A stretch of 34,655 nucleotides of DNA from a virus (lineage: Duplodnaviria > Caudoviricetes): IMG/VR virus record IMGVR_UViG_3300007959_000008, positions 1 to 34,655 of that record; one strand, 5' to 3'. This document shows positions 33,892 through 34,655 of this stretch, one piece after another. The position numbers and the translations under genes were made by a program. The stretch's first letter is position 1, and each line of letters begins with the position of its first letter. The notes below the pieces were generated by a model. That model was not told where the DNA came from and ran no database searches. It was given only the letters and a program-made list of their open reading frames with translations.

Positions 33892-34458
33892 TCAATCCTC
33901 GTTGGCCTCCTGTTTCGGCAAAATGCGGGCGCGGTGTAAGCGGTAGGCCGTTGCGCCTGCGTCGGTTTCAACGTAACCCATCCGCGATGAGAAAACAGCA
34001 CCGGCCACCAACTTCGCCAGCCGTTCCGCGTCCTCGTTCGCGTCCCGCAGCCGCGCCTCGGCGTCCAGCCTGGCGGCGTATACGTCATTGCATTGCTTGA
34101 TTAGCTCTGTAACGCGGGCGCGCAGCCGTTCGTTGTCTTGCGCAACCACGTCATACAGGTTGCCGGTTTCCAGGTCGAGCCGCGATTCAAGCTCAACTAC
34201 GCGGGCGCGGAGGGAGTCAATCTCGTCCAGCGCAGCGGGGTAGTGCCTGCCTGCCGCCGCAAGGTATTCGGCGGTTTCCCTCGTGCCACATTGCGCAATT
34301 TGGTAGTATTCGTATTCGTCGCTTTCCTCGTGATACCCATTGCACCCGACGATGCCGCCGCTGTTATCCGCGCCAGCAAATTCGCCCGCCGGTGAATGTG
34401 ACCCGCTCGCCAATTCGCGCTGTTGCGCAATGAAATCCTGAGTAAATTTATCGCTCAT
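33892..34458 (-). CDS. Hypothetical protein, possibly Ead/Ea22-like; paralog of 42-659
   Basis: GGAGGT RBS; MSDKFTQDFIAQQRELA and AAAGRHYPAALDEI. Confidence 0.75.
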   Translation of the reverse strand: MSDKFTQDFIAQQRELASGSHSPAGEFAGADNSGGIVGCNGYHEESDEYEYYQIAQCGTRETAEYLAAAGRHYPAALDEIDSLRARVVELESRLDLETGNLYDVVAQDNERLRARVTELIKQCNDVYAARLDAEARLRDANEDAERLAKLVAGAVFSSRMGYVETDAGATAYRLHRARILPKQEANED

Positions 34459-34469
34459 CCCAACCTCCC

Positions 34470-34622
34470 GCGGTGAGTCCGTGATGGACTTCCCCGCCTC
34501 TAATCGCAAAACGCCGCCTCTCACGTATCCGGTCCGTTGTCTAGGCGGTAGGGTTGGTGAGGGGCGGCGCTTTACGCCGGATAAAACGATAAAAACCGAT
34601 AAAACCCTACACCGCCTAGACA
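34470..34622 (-). promoter_or_regulatory. Highly structured 5' leader, candidate ncRNA or RNA switch
   Basis: Two interleaved inverted repeats of 18-19 bp, a triple GATAAAA repeat and a small hairpin before the RBS. Confidence 0.6.
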
Positions 34623-34627
34623 TGTAC

Positions 34628-34655
34628 AGTTTAGCACGAATTCGCAGGATTACAA
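34628..34655 (-). promoter_or_regulatory. Sigma-70-type promoter with extended -10
   Basis: TTGTAA-N16-TAAACT, with TG one base before the -10 box; lies at the window edge. Confidence 0.55.

Noticed and set aside
34459-34623. N-terminal extension of the 243-aa ORF
   Set aside because: A strong RBS and the paralog alignment put the start at 34458. A leaderless start at 34623 cannot be fully excluded.
1-34655. Integrase, CI-type repressor, att sites, tRNAs, terminal repeats
   Set aside because: None recognised. The window ends do not overlap, so these may lie outside it and the lifestyle cannot be settled here.

Overview
This window holds most of a long-tailed (siphovirus-like) phage or prophage genome. 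No integrase, repressor, tRNA, rRNA or CRISPR array is visible. The + strand (1-30883) runs through small early/middle genes, an HNH protein, a replication initiator and G39P-like helicase loader/inhibitor, a PAPS-reductase-like enzyme, a DUF1064-like nuclease and a sigma-region-4 HTH protein. It continues with lysis genes (holin, GH25 lysin), TerS/TerL, portal, minor head protein, scaffold and major capsid. A five-gene glycosylation cassette follows (GT4, GT2, methyltransferase, DxD glycosyltransferase, UDP-galactopyranose mutase), then fibre/neck/tail genes including a -1 frameshifted tail chaperone, and a metallophosphoesterase. The - strand (30894-34655) carries small accessory genes. The most striking results are the galactofuranose-capable virion glycosylation cassette and a dense set of structured RNA elements. 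These are a pseudoknot/RBS switch ahead of the cassette, a twin-GNRA-hairpin antiterminator and a GAGAY-hairpin array at the scaffold gene, a type III hammerhead ribozyme, an interleaved-helix leader and a duplicated hairpin array. Protein calls are from motif recognition by eye and no database search was run. A Chloroflexota-like host is only a weak guess.
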